Shown: one piece after another, positions 18,281 to 27,989 of the stretch | Position numbering within the stretch: the first letter of the stretch is position 1 | Layout: each line of letters opens with the position of its first letter | From: a virus | Taxonomy: Duplodnaviria > Caudoviricetes | Length of the DNA stretch: 58,919 nt | Strand: one strand, 5' to 3' | Virus record (IMG/VR): IMGVR_UViG_3300034283_003118 | Coordinates: 1-58,919 of that record | Notes under the pieces: generated by a model | What the model was told of the DNA's origin: nothing | Databases searched by the model: none | The model's input: only the letters and a program-made list of their open reading frames with translations | Translations under genes and position numbers: made by a program

Positions 18281-18692
18281 GTTCTTTTATAGCTGGATAT
18301 CTAACAAGACATCCACATTCGCCATCCTCACTTACTTCAATTTCCATGTTGCGATTGGTGCCATAACGTTCAGTCAGTTTCAGGTAGAGATCATCAGCCA
18401 GCATCTCCACGCTTTTAAAATCAATGTCGATAGTTCTGGAATCAAACAGACTTTCACAGTGATTTAGCACCTGATGAAATTCCAGTTCACGATCAGTGTG
18501 CCATACCTGAATACTCACTCGAAACTTAAACAGATGACGATGACGGTGGGCCAGATAGCTCACGTCATCCAGCCGGGGATCAACTCCAGCAGCAGGGTAT
18601 CTGTGATACCCTGCTTTCTGAAATGTAACCCAGATCTGTCTGTTTGCACCGATTAGGTTTTGTTCAACAGCTTCTCTCTGATGTTGTGTCAT
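18273..18692 (-). CDS. dpdL: QueD-like T-fold paralog (DpdL-like, predicted CDG decarboxylase)
   Basis: LAHRHRHLF (LxxxHRHxF) instead of CxxxHGH; DRELEF, SVEMLA, VSEDGE; overlaps the dpdA start. Confidence 0.65.
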   Translation of the reverse strand: MTQHQREAVEQNLIGANRQIWVTFQKAGYHRYPAAGVDPRLDDVSYLAHRHRHLFKFRVSIQVWHTDRELEFHQVLNHCESLFDSRTIDIDFKSVEMLADDLYLKLTERYGTNRNMEIEVSEDGECGCLVRYPAIKEHA

Positions 18693-18696
18693 GATG

Positions 18697-19419
18697 TTAT
18701 TTAGATTGTGCCATCAGGATGTAGGTATAAACCGCCTGACCGCTGTCAATACTAACCTGCATGGCTGCGGTATTATCGTCAATGCTGACGGTCTTATCAC
18801 CAACCTGATTCAGAACACTGATCAGAGGTTTTACAGCCCAGGTTTGTCTTTTGAGCTGAACCTGAACACCCGGATGAAACACAAAAGATCCGTGAATGCT
18901 AGAAACGTCGCCCATTTCGATCATTAGGTTGTTTCCGTCAGTATAAGTGACGCAGTTCACAACATCACTCATGGCCTGAGTTTGGTAATTGAACTTCTGA
19001 ATACTCAGTGCGTTGGGTGAAAATTCCAGCTTCCATTTGGGAGCATGAAAATTCAGACTTGCGATCTTGGAGTTGATTAATTCAGGACTCATCAACCGAT
19101 AAGTGTTCTTGAAGTCACCACTGGCATTGGCAAATCGAATAGTGTCCAGAATGTTTTTCTGATCCCTACCAGTGACGATCTGAGCGTCTTGCTGATATTC
19201 CTGGATGTTCAGGATCACATTCAAACGACCCAGGTTGGGTAATCCTGCCACTGCATCAACAAATTCTGATACTGGATTATGCAGCTTGGCTTGAAATACC
19301 ACAGTTTTGTCTGCGGAAACACCGTCTAGGCAGGTTTCTTTGTCTGTGCCTGAAACTTTGACTTCCTCCAGGTTAACTGCTTTGGTGTAGTTTACGATTT
19401 CTTTGAGTATATTATACAT
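18697..19419 (-). CDS. DNA polymerase sliding clamp (gp45-like)
   Basis: 240 aa, beta-rich, directly after polB, ends VYTYILMAQSK. Confidence 0.65.
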   Translation of the reverse strand: MYNILKEIVNYTKAVNLEEVKVSGTDKETCLDGVSADKTVVFQAKLHNPVSEFVDAVAGLPNLGRLNVILNIQEYQQDAQIVTGRDQKNILDTIRFANASGDFKNTYRLMSPELINSKIASLNFHAPKWKLEFSPNALSIQKFNYQTQAMSDVVNCVTYTDGNNLMIEMGDVSSIHGSFVFHPGVQVQLKRQTWAVKPLISVLNQVGDKTVSIDDNTAAMQVSIDSGQAVYTYILMAQSK

Positions 19420-19476
19420 AGTATTCCTTTAATAGTAACATTGTTTGTATTTAGATCGCAACAGTAATTGGCTCAA

Positions 19477-20466
19477 TTATCTGGCACTGAACAGTGAGCT
19501 AAATGCGTTGATCTGTGGGTTGGTCGCTGTTTGTAAGTCCCAGTCCAGAACACCCAATAGGTTATCTATCTTGGTGTCCACGATGGTTTCTTCCATGAGA
19601 CCCTGGTCAAACGGTAGCTCTTTGAACCACTCGGGTAATCTGAGTTCGTCAATGGGATACGCCACACTGGTATAGTTCATGGGGTTACTGCGCAGCTTAC
19701 ACACGACCACTTTCATGCCGTCCACAATGCCCATGCTGTAACGATCATTGTGGATCTGCTTGAGGGTGTTCCAGTTTAGAGCAGCTCTGACGTGTCCAGG
19801 CACTGTGACTTTGCCTTTCTTACTGATAAGATCTCGATAATGAGTGAGATTGTTTACTCGCTTGGGTGTGCCTTTTTCCCAAGCAGGTCTTGATTGAAAA
19901 TCAGTTTTAAATCTGCGTATGTCATCGATGATTTCTGCACGTTCTAATCCTTTGAGAACTTTCAGCAAAATGTCACTTAGAAACTGTTGCACGACTTTGG
20001 GAGTATCGGCTCGTTTGAGATCCAAGCCCATGGCCTTGAGTTTGCCATCACTTCCGTCAGTATCCAGCCTCTTGCCTTCTAGATCATAGATCAACACAGC
20101 GTAACGCTTCTTGGTGATATATAAACCCTTGCTAGCCACCAGTTCGCGACCACAACGAATAAGATCACCATTGGCACTGGGTGTGTGAAATGCACCTGCA
20201 CAAAAACCAGAGAAACTGTCGTTTACTTGATCTGCGATTGCGTCATACAGACCCACACAGATGTTTTTATCCCATTCCATGGAGCCAGCAGTCACCTCCT
20301 TTTTCACAACGGGCCAAGCACTGAAATAGCAACTGTTGTGCACCAAAATGTTATTGGCAAAAAAATAAGGATTTTCGTTTGAAACACCAATATCATAAAC
20401 ATATTCGTCGTCATACGGCTCAAGTTCTTCTATTGATTCAATCTCTGCTAATTGGTATTCCACCAT
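19477..20466 (-). CDS. Family B DNA polymerase, C-terminal part, preceded by the C-intein
   Basis: ILVHN|SCYF, KKRYA, KAMGLDLKRADTP; AGGAG SD before ATG 20466. Confidence 0.92.
   Translation of the reverse strand: MVEYQLAEIESIEELEPYDDEYVYDIGVSNENPYFFANNILVHNSCYFSAWPVVKKEVTAGSMEWDKNICVGLYDAIADQVNDSFSGFCAGAFHTPSANGDLIRCGRELVASKGLYITKKRYAVLIYDLEGKRLDTDGSDGKLKAMGLDLKRADTPKVVQQFLSDILLKVLKGLERAEIIDDIRRFKTDFQSRPAWEKGTPKRVNNLTHYRDLISKKGKVTVPGHVRAALNWNTLKQIHNDRYSMGIVDGMKVVVCKLRSNPMNYTSVAYPIDELRLPEWFKELPFDQGLMEETIVDTKIDNLLGVLDWDLQTATNPQINAFSSLFSAR
20335..20466 (-). mobile_element. Split intein, C-part (44 aa)
   Basis: VYDIGV...FFANNILVHN followed by Ser+1. Confidence 0.9.
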
Positions 20467-21404
20467 TGCACACACTCCTGTATAATTCCATCTGGTTTGT
20501 TTATGTAATCACTTTCCCATACTATTTTAACACTAAAGTCTCTGTTTAATGCAGTTTTTATTTTTTCAAAATCATAACTCCAAATTTCTTTAGCTGTTAA
20601 ATTTGAATGCTTGTGAATAAAATCGCCCGAATACATCAATGGATTACAATGCCAATAATCTCCGTTAAACTCAATGATTTTCTTTTTTGATGAACAAGTA
20701 ATATCGTAAAAATAGATTCTATGATTTGCTTTATCCCAAATTGAAAATTGTTTAGTAAATGAAGTATATTTTATCTCAGATCCTAACGCAGTTTGAAACG
20801 CATTAACAAAATGTTTCTCTGATTTACTACAAATTGATGGTGTTCTTCTTTGAGACAATATTTCAATAGCCGCATCATCATCAACTGAAAACTTCTCTTT
20901 AATCCAATCAACATTTGATGACTTTGATTTTTCTTCGTTGTAATTGAGCCATTTTTCTTTTCCTTCGGATCCATACTTTTCAATGAAATATTCTAAAGTA
21001 TTAGTATACCGTTGCTGCTCAACATACGAGTTCCAAATCTCTACCCCTTGTACGCCATGTCGTTTTACGCAGTTTTCCAACGTAACTGACCGACTTTTGT
21101 TATAATCGTCAAACTGTTCTTTACTCCATCCATATTTTTTATTTTTGTATTCAAAACTATTGGTTTCAGCTTGCTTGCTTCTGTAATGTTCCCATTTTTG
21201 AGTACCTAACTCTTGTCCGTACTTTTGGATCATTGTTTGTTTGGTTATTTTACATTTAGCAGCTAACTCTTCGTCAATTAAGATTGAATTGGGGTATTTG
21301 TTTTTGTATTCATCTATGCTTGAAATACCCCCAGTGCATTTGTATTTGAAGTGGGTCCATTGTAGCCTGGGCATAATGCACCCACATTCTAAGCATTTTG
21401 GCAT
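20448..21404 (-). mobile_element. Free-standing Vsr/EDxHD-like homing endonuclease between the intein halves
   Basis: CLEC..H, KYG repeats, SKSE, YD, IIEFNGDYWH, IVWESD; own TAAATA (21431-21436) and an SD hairpin. Confidence 0.85.
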
Positions 21405-21429
21405 ATTGCGATACTCCTATCCGCATAAG

Positions 21430-23613
21430 TTATTTATGCTTGATAGTGAGAATCTTTTCGCCTTTTTTAAGTTCCATAGGACTTTTTTCAACTAATTTAC
21501 CGTCTTCCAAAACAATCATTGCATGATCTTCAGTTACAATGAGTTCGTTACCCAGAGAATCGATCACTTTAAATCGACGCTTTTTTGTTTTGTGACGATA
21601 AACATAGTTATAATTTCCCATCTTAGCTGGGCCAGAAACTTTATTATCGTAAACCACGACTTGAATATCAGGATTTACGGAATACTCTTTATCTCCATCT
21701 TTCCAAAATGTCGTACCATTATGGAAAAGTTCTTCAATGGTTTTGTTACCTACTGAAGTGTTAATACAGCTACTCCCATCAACCGAGTCAGTATCGGCGT
21801 AAATGATAGCTTCACCTGTGTGATCGTAGTCACCAGTAACACACTGATTCACATAAGCATTCATGTGTCGTGCAATTACTCTGCCACTCAGTGTGGTACT
21901 TTGACCTATGCGTTTGTCATTGAATCGACAATAGGGATTCAAAATAGCACCGTATAAGCTGTTGAGGTTAATCTTCTTAACCAGTTGGCGTTTGTCCCAA
22001 AACGCCTGATCTTCTTTGTCTGTGGCTTCTTTCTTTTTCTTTTGCAGTTCTTTACGTTCAGTATACCAACGTCTCAGCAGTCCCGGAACAATACCCTCTC
22101 TTTCAGCAGTGAGAATAGTGCCATTGGCAGTGAGAATCCAGGGGCGATTTTCTGCCCAGATCAGATGATGCAACTGTGCAGCACTCATCTCAGTACTGGT
22201 GCCATTTTCCCATTCCACAGTGATTGTGTAAGCAGGATCCTTATTGATTACTGCCGTGTATTCCAGAGTACCAAACAGGCCTTCCCAGGCTGCTGCGAAA
22301 CTCAAATCTTCTGCACGTTTTTTCGCAATGTAGTTGTCGGTACCAGTCAAACGTATCTGCCCCACGATGGTTTCTGGACCCATGTTTAGAGCGCGAATAG
22401 TATTGGGATACAGCGAGTTCAAGTCAATTGCACCAATATAATCATGCAGTCCTTTCTTGGGGTAGGCCACATAAGCACCAGCAGCACCCTCATCCTCATC
22501 TTCGCCGTCATCTTCTCGGTCACGAGGTTGCGCCTTGCGATCCGGAACAACTAACCCACGATCGTGACTTTCGTTGATAATGGCTTGTTCAGTAACAGCC
22601 ACAGCACCCATTGTGGTGGGAATCAACACTGTGTTATCATGTGCCAGTTCGTTAGCCAGATCGATAAAACGCAATTTCTGATCCAGACGAGCAATCAGCA
22701 TCACATCCTGGCGATTGTATTCGATAAACCGTTCAAAGTTCAGATTGTATAACTGATCCAGTGTGCCTTCATAGTGAGTTTTGTGTTCGCCCTGTTCATG
22801 TTCGCTGATGGCATCCAGGCTATAGCTGTGGCGTTCCTCATAAGTGTATTTGCGATACAACTGCATGTAATCCAGATGTAATCGTCCGATCAGATCATAA
22901 GTGGATTGCTGAGCACCATACCGTTCAAACTTGCGCTGCTTGGGATGCTGATCCCACAAACACAGGCGGCGTGTGTCATCTTTGCTCATTATAGTGATGA
23001 TGCGATTCACAGTGTAGGGAATATCATACCCTTCGCTGTTCCAGCCACTGAGCACATCTGCATCCTGGATAATATCCAGGAACGTACTCAGCATCTCTGT
23101 TTCGTCATTGAACAAAAACGTATTGTCGAAATTCTTCACCAGAGCCTGCGCCTGATCCATAGTGAGTGTGGACGGAGGCATAGCCAGTGTGATCAGCTGA
23201 TCACACCAATCCAGGTACACAGTGATTGCTGTGATTGCTGAGAACGGATCTTCAGGACTACTAAATCCGCGTTCAGCGTCAAATGCAGTCTCGATATCGA
23301 AAAAGGCCGTGTGTAACTTGGGAGCCAATTTGTGTCGATAGTGTTCTTCCAGACAGCGAAACACTGGGTTAATATCACTTTCCCAGGTTCTGAGATGACT
23401 ATGAGCTCTGAGTTCACGATTGAACTCCTTGTACTGTCTGGTTACAAATCTACTCACTGGTGTTTCATAAATTGTGCGATGTTTTCCTTTGCTGTCGTCA
23501 TAATAAAACACATACTTGGCAGGCCAATCAGTAAAAATTCGCTTGCCGTCGATGCGTTCTACTACATGAATTGTGTCAGAATTTTTATTCCAGATTGCGT
23601 CAACGTAACTCAT
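21430..23613 (-). CDS. Family B DNA polymerase, N-terminal part, fused to the N-intein
   Basis: DIET, WNSEGYD, YNRQD, DLNSLYP, KINLNSLYG, YADTD|S. Confidence 0.95.
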   Translation of the reverse strand: MSYVDAIWNKNSDTIHVVERIDGKRIFTDWPAKYVFYYDDSKGKHRTIYETPVSRFVTRQYKEFNRELRAHSHLRTWESDINPVFRCLEEHYRHKLAPKLHTAFFDIETAFDAERGFSSPEDPFSAITAITVYLDWCDQLITLAMPPSTLTMDQAQALVKNFDNTFLFNDETEMLSTFLDIIQDADVLSGWNSEGYDIPYTVNRIITIMSKDDTRRLCLWDQHPKQRKFERYGAQQSTYDLIGRLHLDYMQLYRKYTYEERHSYSLDAISEHEQGEHKTHYEGTLDQLYNLNFERFIEYNRQDVMLIARLDQKLRFIDLANELAHDNTVLIPTTMGAVAVTEQAIINESHDRGLVVPDRKAQPRDREDDGEDEDEGAAGAYVAYPKKGLHDYIGAIDLNSLYPNTIRALNMGPETIVGQIRLTGTDNYIAKKRAEDLSFAAAWEGLFGTLEYTAVINKDPAYTITVEWENGTSTEMSAAQLHHLIWAENRPWILTANGTILTAEREGIVPGLLRRWYTERKELQKKKKEATDKEDQAFWDKRQLVKKINLNSLYGAILNPYCRFNDKRIGQSTTLSGRVIARHMNAYVNQCVTGDYDHTGEAIIYADTDSVDGSSCINTSVGNKTIEELFHNGTTFWKDGDKEYSVNPDIQVVVYDNKVSGPAKMGNYNYVYRHKTKKRRFKVIDSLGNELIVTEDHAMIVLEDGKLVEKSPMELKKGEKILTIKHK
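21433..21786 (-). mobile_element. Split intein, N-part (118 aa, Ser1)
   Basis: Starts SVDGSS after YADTD; block B VTEDH; basic C-terminus then stop. Confidence 0.9.
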
Positions 23614-23627
23614 AATTGATAATAAGA

Positions 23628-23650
23628 TGGGGACGGGTGAACCGTCCCCA
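23628..23650 (-). terminator. GC-rich hairpin upstream of polB (terminator or operator)
   Basis: TGGGGACGG-gtgaa-CCGTCCCCA. Confidence 0.55.
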
Positions 23651-23657
23651 GTGTTAT

Positions 23658-23936
23658 TTACTTTCCGCCCACTGCGTCCAAAATATGTTCCATCTGCAAA
23701 TAATCTGCTTCGGTTTTATCCCAATCAGCCTTGTAGGCGGTCTTAATACACTTGCGAAGTACCCCCGGCTTGACTTCAAATTCCTTAGCCAGGTTTTTCA
23801 CAGTGTCGCTAAGACCTTCTTTGAGGGATTCCATCTCTCTCAGCACCTGGATACCTTCTCGTATCAGTTGCTTGAGCTTTTCTTTTTCATCACCGTTAAA
23901 CAGCTTGGTGTGATTGGTGTTAGTGGATTCAGTCAT
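23658..23936 (-). CDS. Small dsDNA-binding protein (T4 DsbA/GapR-like)
   Basis: 92-aa helical protein, LKQLIREG...EFEVKPGVLRKCIKTAYK. Confidence 0.55.
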   Translation of the reverse strand: MTESTNTNHTKLFNGDEKEKLKQLIREGIQVLREMESLKEGLSDTVKNLAKEFEVKPGVLRKCIKTAYKADWDKTEADYLQMEHILDAVGGK

Positions 23937-24023
23937 ATTGTAAGTTCACCTCCTCAGGTATATTAATTATAATAACAGAGCCGAACCCACTATGCAAGTA
24001 GTTATGTTACCATTCTGATCAAG

Positions 24024-25448
24024 TTACTTTTTTGTGTTGTGAGACTGAATCATGTTACGAGCCACCTGAACAGCTTCAGCACGAGTAAATGCAGGATTTT
24101 CCAGAACCTTGGTTAGGATCCTGTCCTTGATCTGGGCAATCAAGGGGCCTTTTGCTCCCAGTTCCATGATCTCGGTTCCATTCAGTATGCTCTGAGTTTT
24201 CAGAATATCGTTAACATCCATCTGCTGAATCTTCTCTCTGATGCGAGCAATTTGATCGGGCATGCTGGCTGCTTCTGAATGCGAAACATTGTCGGCATGC
24301 ATCACGTCCAGGAGATCTTCCAGGTTATGACCCACACGGAAAATAAACTTTCTCAGTGTGCTGTCTTTGAGCTGACTAGCATCTGCCCCTGCACTCTTGA
24401 GATCCATGTGATACTTAACAATGTCACTTACTTTGTTAATTAGATCATTGGGATACTTCAATCTGCGCATCACAGTTTTGGCAATTTCAGAACCCACCTG
24501 AGCATGTCCAATAAATTGGATCTTGCCATTCTTTTCTGTGCGAGTAGCAGCCTTGCCGATGTCGTGAAACAGTGCGCCCAATCGCTTGATCAAATCAGGA
24601 CTGCTGGCATCCAGCACATCCAGTGTGTGTCCCCAGGCGTCTTTAGAATGATAGGCGTTTTGCTTGAGCCGAACCAGCTGGCTGAGTTCGGGCATGACTA
24701 CATCCAATATACCAGTAATCTTAAACAGTTTGAAAGCTCTGCTGGGACGGTTTAACAACAAGATTTTGCTGAGCTCATCGTTGATGCGTTCATTACTGAT
24801 GTTCTTTAGATCACCAGCAAACTTTTTGATGTTTCGGATCATGTGCATGGGCAGCTTGAAGTTGTACTTGATTGCAAAACGCACAGCCCTCAAGATGCGC
24901 AGCGGATCTTCACCAAATATCACAGCAGGATCACCAGTTGTATCTAGCATCTTTTGCTCTAAGTCTTTGCGACCTCTGCCGCTCATGTCCAGTATTTCGC
25001 CAGTGTGCAGATTTTGCAGCAGACTGTTCACAGTGAAATCACGCCGCATCACATCATCTTTAAGTTCACCTGCGGCAACTTCAGGCTTGCGACTGCCTGG
25101 TGTGTATTTTTCTTTGCGCGGTGCCACAAACTCTACGTCAATTTTTCCGCTGGGAGTGGGCACAGTGAGTTTGGCAGTGAAGTAAGTGGGAAAGATCACT
25201 GGATTGCTGTCTGGTTTGTAAACACCCAGCTTTTTGGCGATGAACTCAGCAGCAGCCAATCCGCTGCGGGCATCGCCATCGACGACGAAGTCAACATCTT
25301 TAGAATCACGTCCCAGCAGGGTGTCTCGCACATAACCACCGGCCATGTACAGCTTGCCTTCGTAAGGTGATCCAGTGGTGGCATTGCGGATGATGTCTAG
25401 CACTTCTTCAGCTTGTTTGCTTTCTGTGATCAGTTGTTTTATTGTCAT
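24024..25448 (-). CDS. cca: Class II CCA-adding tRNA nucleotidyltransferase with HD domain
   Basis: GGYVRD, KDVD, RRDFTVN, EDPLRILRAVRF, ERI, HDIGK; MTIKQLITE leader. Confidence 0.9.
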   Translation of the reverse strand: MTIKQLITESKQAEEVLDIIRNATTGSPYEGKLYMAGGYVRDTLLGRDSKDVDFVVDGDARSGLAAAEFIAKKLGVYKPDSNPVIFPTYFTAKLTVPTPSGKIDVEFVAPRKEKYTPGSRKPEVAAGELKDDVMRRDFTVNSLLQNLHTGEILDMSGRGRKDLEQKMLDTTGDPAVIFGEDPLRILRAVRFAIKYNFKLPMHMIRNIKKFAGDLKNISNERINDELSKILLLNRPSRAFKLFKITGILDVVMPELSQLVRLKQNAYHSKDAWGHTLDVLDASSPDLIKRLGALFHDIGKAATRTEKNGKIQFIGHAQVGSEIAKTVMRRLKYPNDLINKVSDIVKYHMDLKSAGADASQLKDSTLRKFIFRVGHNLEDLLDVMHADNVSHSEAASMPDQIARIREKIQQMDVNDILKTQSILNGTEIMELGAKGPLIAQIKDRILTKVLENPAFTRAEAVQVARNMIQSHNTKK

Positions 25449-25457
25449 TTCGTAATA

Positions 25458-26360
25458 TTACCTTTTTGTCAGTTTCCAAATTGTTCCAACACCACTTAAA
25501 TCTACTTCATCAAATTGAAAACCCAGATGCTTAACTGCTAATAGAGCCAGTCTTCTATATAATAGCACACGACCCCTGCTTTGATTAAATGCAACAAACG
25601 TAATACTGTCTGGTTTTTTAGTTGCAACAAATTCCCTAAAGAGTTCAATAACAGTTCCGATAACTTGGTTTTGGTGACCTGTGCCAGTTATTTTAGTTTT
25701 AGAACGGTACATTTTGTTGTAGATTTCGCTCCAAGCAGCAGGACCGTAGGGATCAGTTTGCATGATCTTTTCGTCTGGTTGACTGTCTATCATCTTAAAG
25801 TTGACGATATAATTATTACCATAATCACGCTGCGCCACAAACACATACGTCATATCATCCACGTAAAACCAGGAAACTTCGTTGTCATCCCATTGTATAA
25901 ACGGTGCGTGTTTAAGTGGTCTTTCAAATAGTTCTGTTAACTGCACATGTTCATTTGCAACTTTTTTAGCAAACGGTGGAGCTTGTGCTGTTGATTTAGG
26001 TACAGATTGTGTACTAACCACTTGAATATTTTCTGCAGGCACAGGTTCGTATCCTATCCAAGCATTGTAAATATCCATTTCAGGATGAGTATCTGGTGTA
26101 ACTGCGTAATCGCTAGGTAACTGAATCTTCCAAATATCCATTGCGGCTGCACTATCAAACGCACTCCAAAACGCCCAATCCTTTGCTTGATCCAGCGTTT
26201 GCATAAAATACACACCAGGTTTTCTTTTGATATTCTCAAACTCTTGCACACGCGGTAACAAGCCCTGTTGCTGAATACTTTTGCGATTGGCCTTGCGGCT
26301 CACATGATATAATACTTGTGGCTGTTTTTGTAAAGGTTGCGAAAACTCTGTTAGTCTCAT
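25458..26360 (-). CDS. Two-module protein: ART/Tpt1-like domain plus a TGxG-family domain
   Basis: MRLTEF; LYHVS..SIQQQGL..GVYF; internal VQLTELFE; TGTGHQNQVIGTV..RVLLYRRL. Confidence 0.65.
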   Translation of the reverse strand: MRLTEFSQPLQKQPQVLYHVSRKANRKSIQQQGLLPRVQEFENIKRKPGVYFMQTLDQAKDWAFWSAFDSAAAMDIWKIQLPSDYAVTPDTHPEMDIYNAWIGYEPVPAENIQVVSTQSVPKSTAQAPPFAKKVANEHVQLTELFERPLKHAPFIQWDDNEVSWFYVDDMTYVFVAQRDYGNNYIVNFKMIDSQPDEKIMQTDPYGPAAWSEIYNKMYRSKTKITGTGHQNQVIGTVIELFREFVATKKPDSITFVAFNQSRGRVLLYRRLALLAVKHLGFQFDEVDLSGVGTIWKLTKR

Positions 26361-26361
26361 G

Positions 26362-26985
26362 TTAGTATACCAAACGATCAATTCTTTTGTAACCAATATT
26401 AAATGCGTTCATCAGCAGTTCCACTTCGCGTAGACATTCATTTCGTCCACCGCCCATTATGTAAGCACCCTGAAAACGTTTTAATTGCGCGACACTGGTC
26501 CACTCCACAATAATGGGATCATCAGCCATCCAGTCCTCCCATTCTGCACCCACTAACTGTTTCAACTGCTCTAACTCTAATTCTCTGCTGTCATTGACTT
26601 TAGCTTGGTACAAGGCACGGATCACTTTGATTATGATAGATTCACTAACACCCTGATCCATCCAAGCTCTGAAATATCCGTATCCCTTATCAACAATCGT
26701 TACTCGATTCCAGTTGTCAGAATCAAACCCGTTGTCTTCCCAAAAATCAATCACTCTTGCTTTGGTATCGTTTGATACACCAGTTTCCTCAGCATTGATA
26801 AACATCAGTACAGGTCCTGTTTGGTTGTTAACAAAATTGATAACTTTCTGACTGATTTTATATGCTTTTGGCATTGAACCCTCAGGTTCACCTCTCTGCT
26901 GGTAATATGCATAAGCCGGTTGCACATCCACCACAATACAAGGTCTGCTCTTTGTTTCAGTCAGTGTGAATTCAGTTAATCTCAT
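26362..26985 (-). CDS. Isochorismatase/cysteine hydrolase-like protein
   Basis: MRLTEF; IVVDVQP, VDKGYG, GGGRNECL (D-K-C triad). Confidence 0.65.
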   Translation of the reverse strand: MRLTEFTLTETKSRPCIVVDVQPAYAYYQQRGEPEGSMPKAYKISQKVINFVNNQTGPVLMFINAEETGVSNDTKARVIDFWEDNGFDSDNWNRVTIVDKGYGYFRAWMDQGVSESIIIKVIRALYQAKVNDSRELELEQLKQLVGAEWEDWMADDPIIVEWTSVAQLKRFQGAYIMGGGRNECLREVELLMNAFNIGYKRIDRLVY

Positions 26986-27542
26986 ACGCCCTCTGGTTCC
27001 TTTATCATGTCTTTTTCGTCTTTAAATTCGTTATAAAAATCAATACACTGTTTGAGTTTTGCTTTGCCTTGAGGAGTATTTTGATACACTAAGAAAATTG
27101 TTTGTCCCCAATCTGCAATTTTGAAAACTTTAGAGTTAGTCTGGCCAGCAATGCCATGCGCCAATCTTTCATACATTCGTGTCCTGCTAGCACCAGTGGA
27201 ACTAAAAAACCAAACAGGAACCCCCCAGTCTTGCGCTTGATCATACGCAAGAGTGGCTTTGATCACAGTGTTGAAAATTTTCACAACCTCTTGTGGACCT
27301 GATGTATATGCTTTCCCAAAATTTATTGTGCCGCCCATTTCAACAACACCAAACATTACTTCAGTAGCAGGCGGTTGAGTCATGGGGTTAAAAAATATTT
27401 CGTATTTTGTGCCACGTTCAGTTTCAAAATATTGTGTATTTGCTGCAGGATCTTCTTTTCCTTGTGGTGTGAGTAATGTGTAGGCGTTACTCTCGTCGGG
27501 ATTAGATAATTTGTCAAGCTCAAATAATTCCATTAGTCGCAT
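26982..27542 (-). CDS. Leader-bearing hypothetical protein (paralog of the 25458 C-module)
   Basis: MRLMELFE; KIFNTV..FFSS..RTRMYERL. Confidence 0.7.
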   Translation of the reverse strand: MRLMELFELDKLSNPDESNAYTLLTPQGKEDPAANTQYFETERGTKYEIFFNPMTQPPATEVMFGVVEMGGTINFGKAYTSGPQEVVKIFNTVIKATLAYDQAQDWGVPVWFFSSTGASRTRMYERLAHGIAGQTNSKVFKIADWGQTIFLVYQNTPQGKAKLKQCIDFYNEFKDEKDMIKEPEGV

Positions 27543-27543
27543 G

Positions 27544-27930
27544 TTAGCTTCTCTTCTTCACCGCAGGTTGTGGTTTTATTGGGCTTACGCGATTGACACT
27601 GGGGTTTTCTTCACTTTTGGCGGTGCTGATTCTGCGTTTGGCATTATGATGACCCATGAGTTTCAGAGCCGACTTCAGTGTCTGTTCTTCTTCCGGAGTG
27701 GGTGTACTAACCAGCATGTTTTCACCAAACGCACTGGGATCAACGTTGCCGTCAATCAATCCCTGGTCCACAGCACGAGCCTTGGCCAGAGCCAAACCCA
27801 TGCGGTATTGTAGGTATGGGTCCTGATTGGTGAGACCAGGTAATGCCCACATGCCTGGCAGTGCATGTGATACACCAATCTGTAAACTGCCTTCACCAAC
27901 ACCTTCGGAAAGTAATTCTTTTATCAGCAT
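27544..27930 (-). CDS. Leader-bearing hypothetical protein
   Basis: MLIKELLSE; TAAATA 5 nt upstream. Confidence 0.7.
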   Translation of the reverse strand: MLIKELLSEGVGEGSLQIGVSHALPGMWALPGLTNQDPYLQYRMGLALAKARAVDQGLIDGNVDPSAFGENMLVSTPTPEEEQTLKSALKLMGHHNAKRRISTAKSEENPSVNRVSPIKPQPAVKKRS

Positions 27931-27989
27931 ATGATTATTTAGTAAATTTTTCAGTATCTGCTGCACTAACTAAATATGCGTAGTTAATT

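Noticed and set aside
20448-21430. Group I intron interrupting polB
   Set aside because: Both flanks encode intein halves with their own stop and start signals, and there is no non-coding space for a ribozyme core.
23628-23650. Hairpin before polB as a novel ncRNA
   Set aside because: A simple 9-bp stem; a terminator or translational operator explains it.
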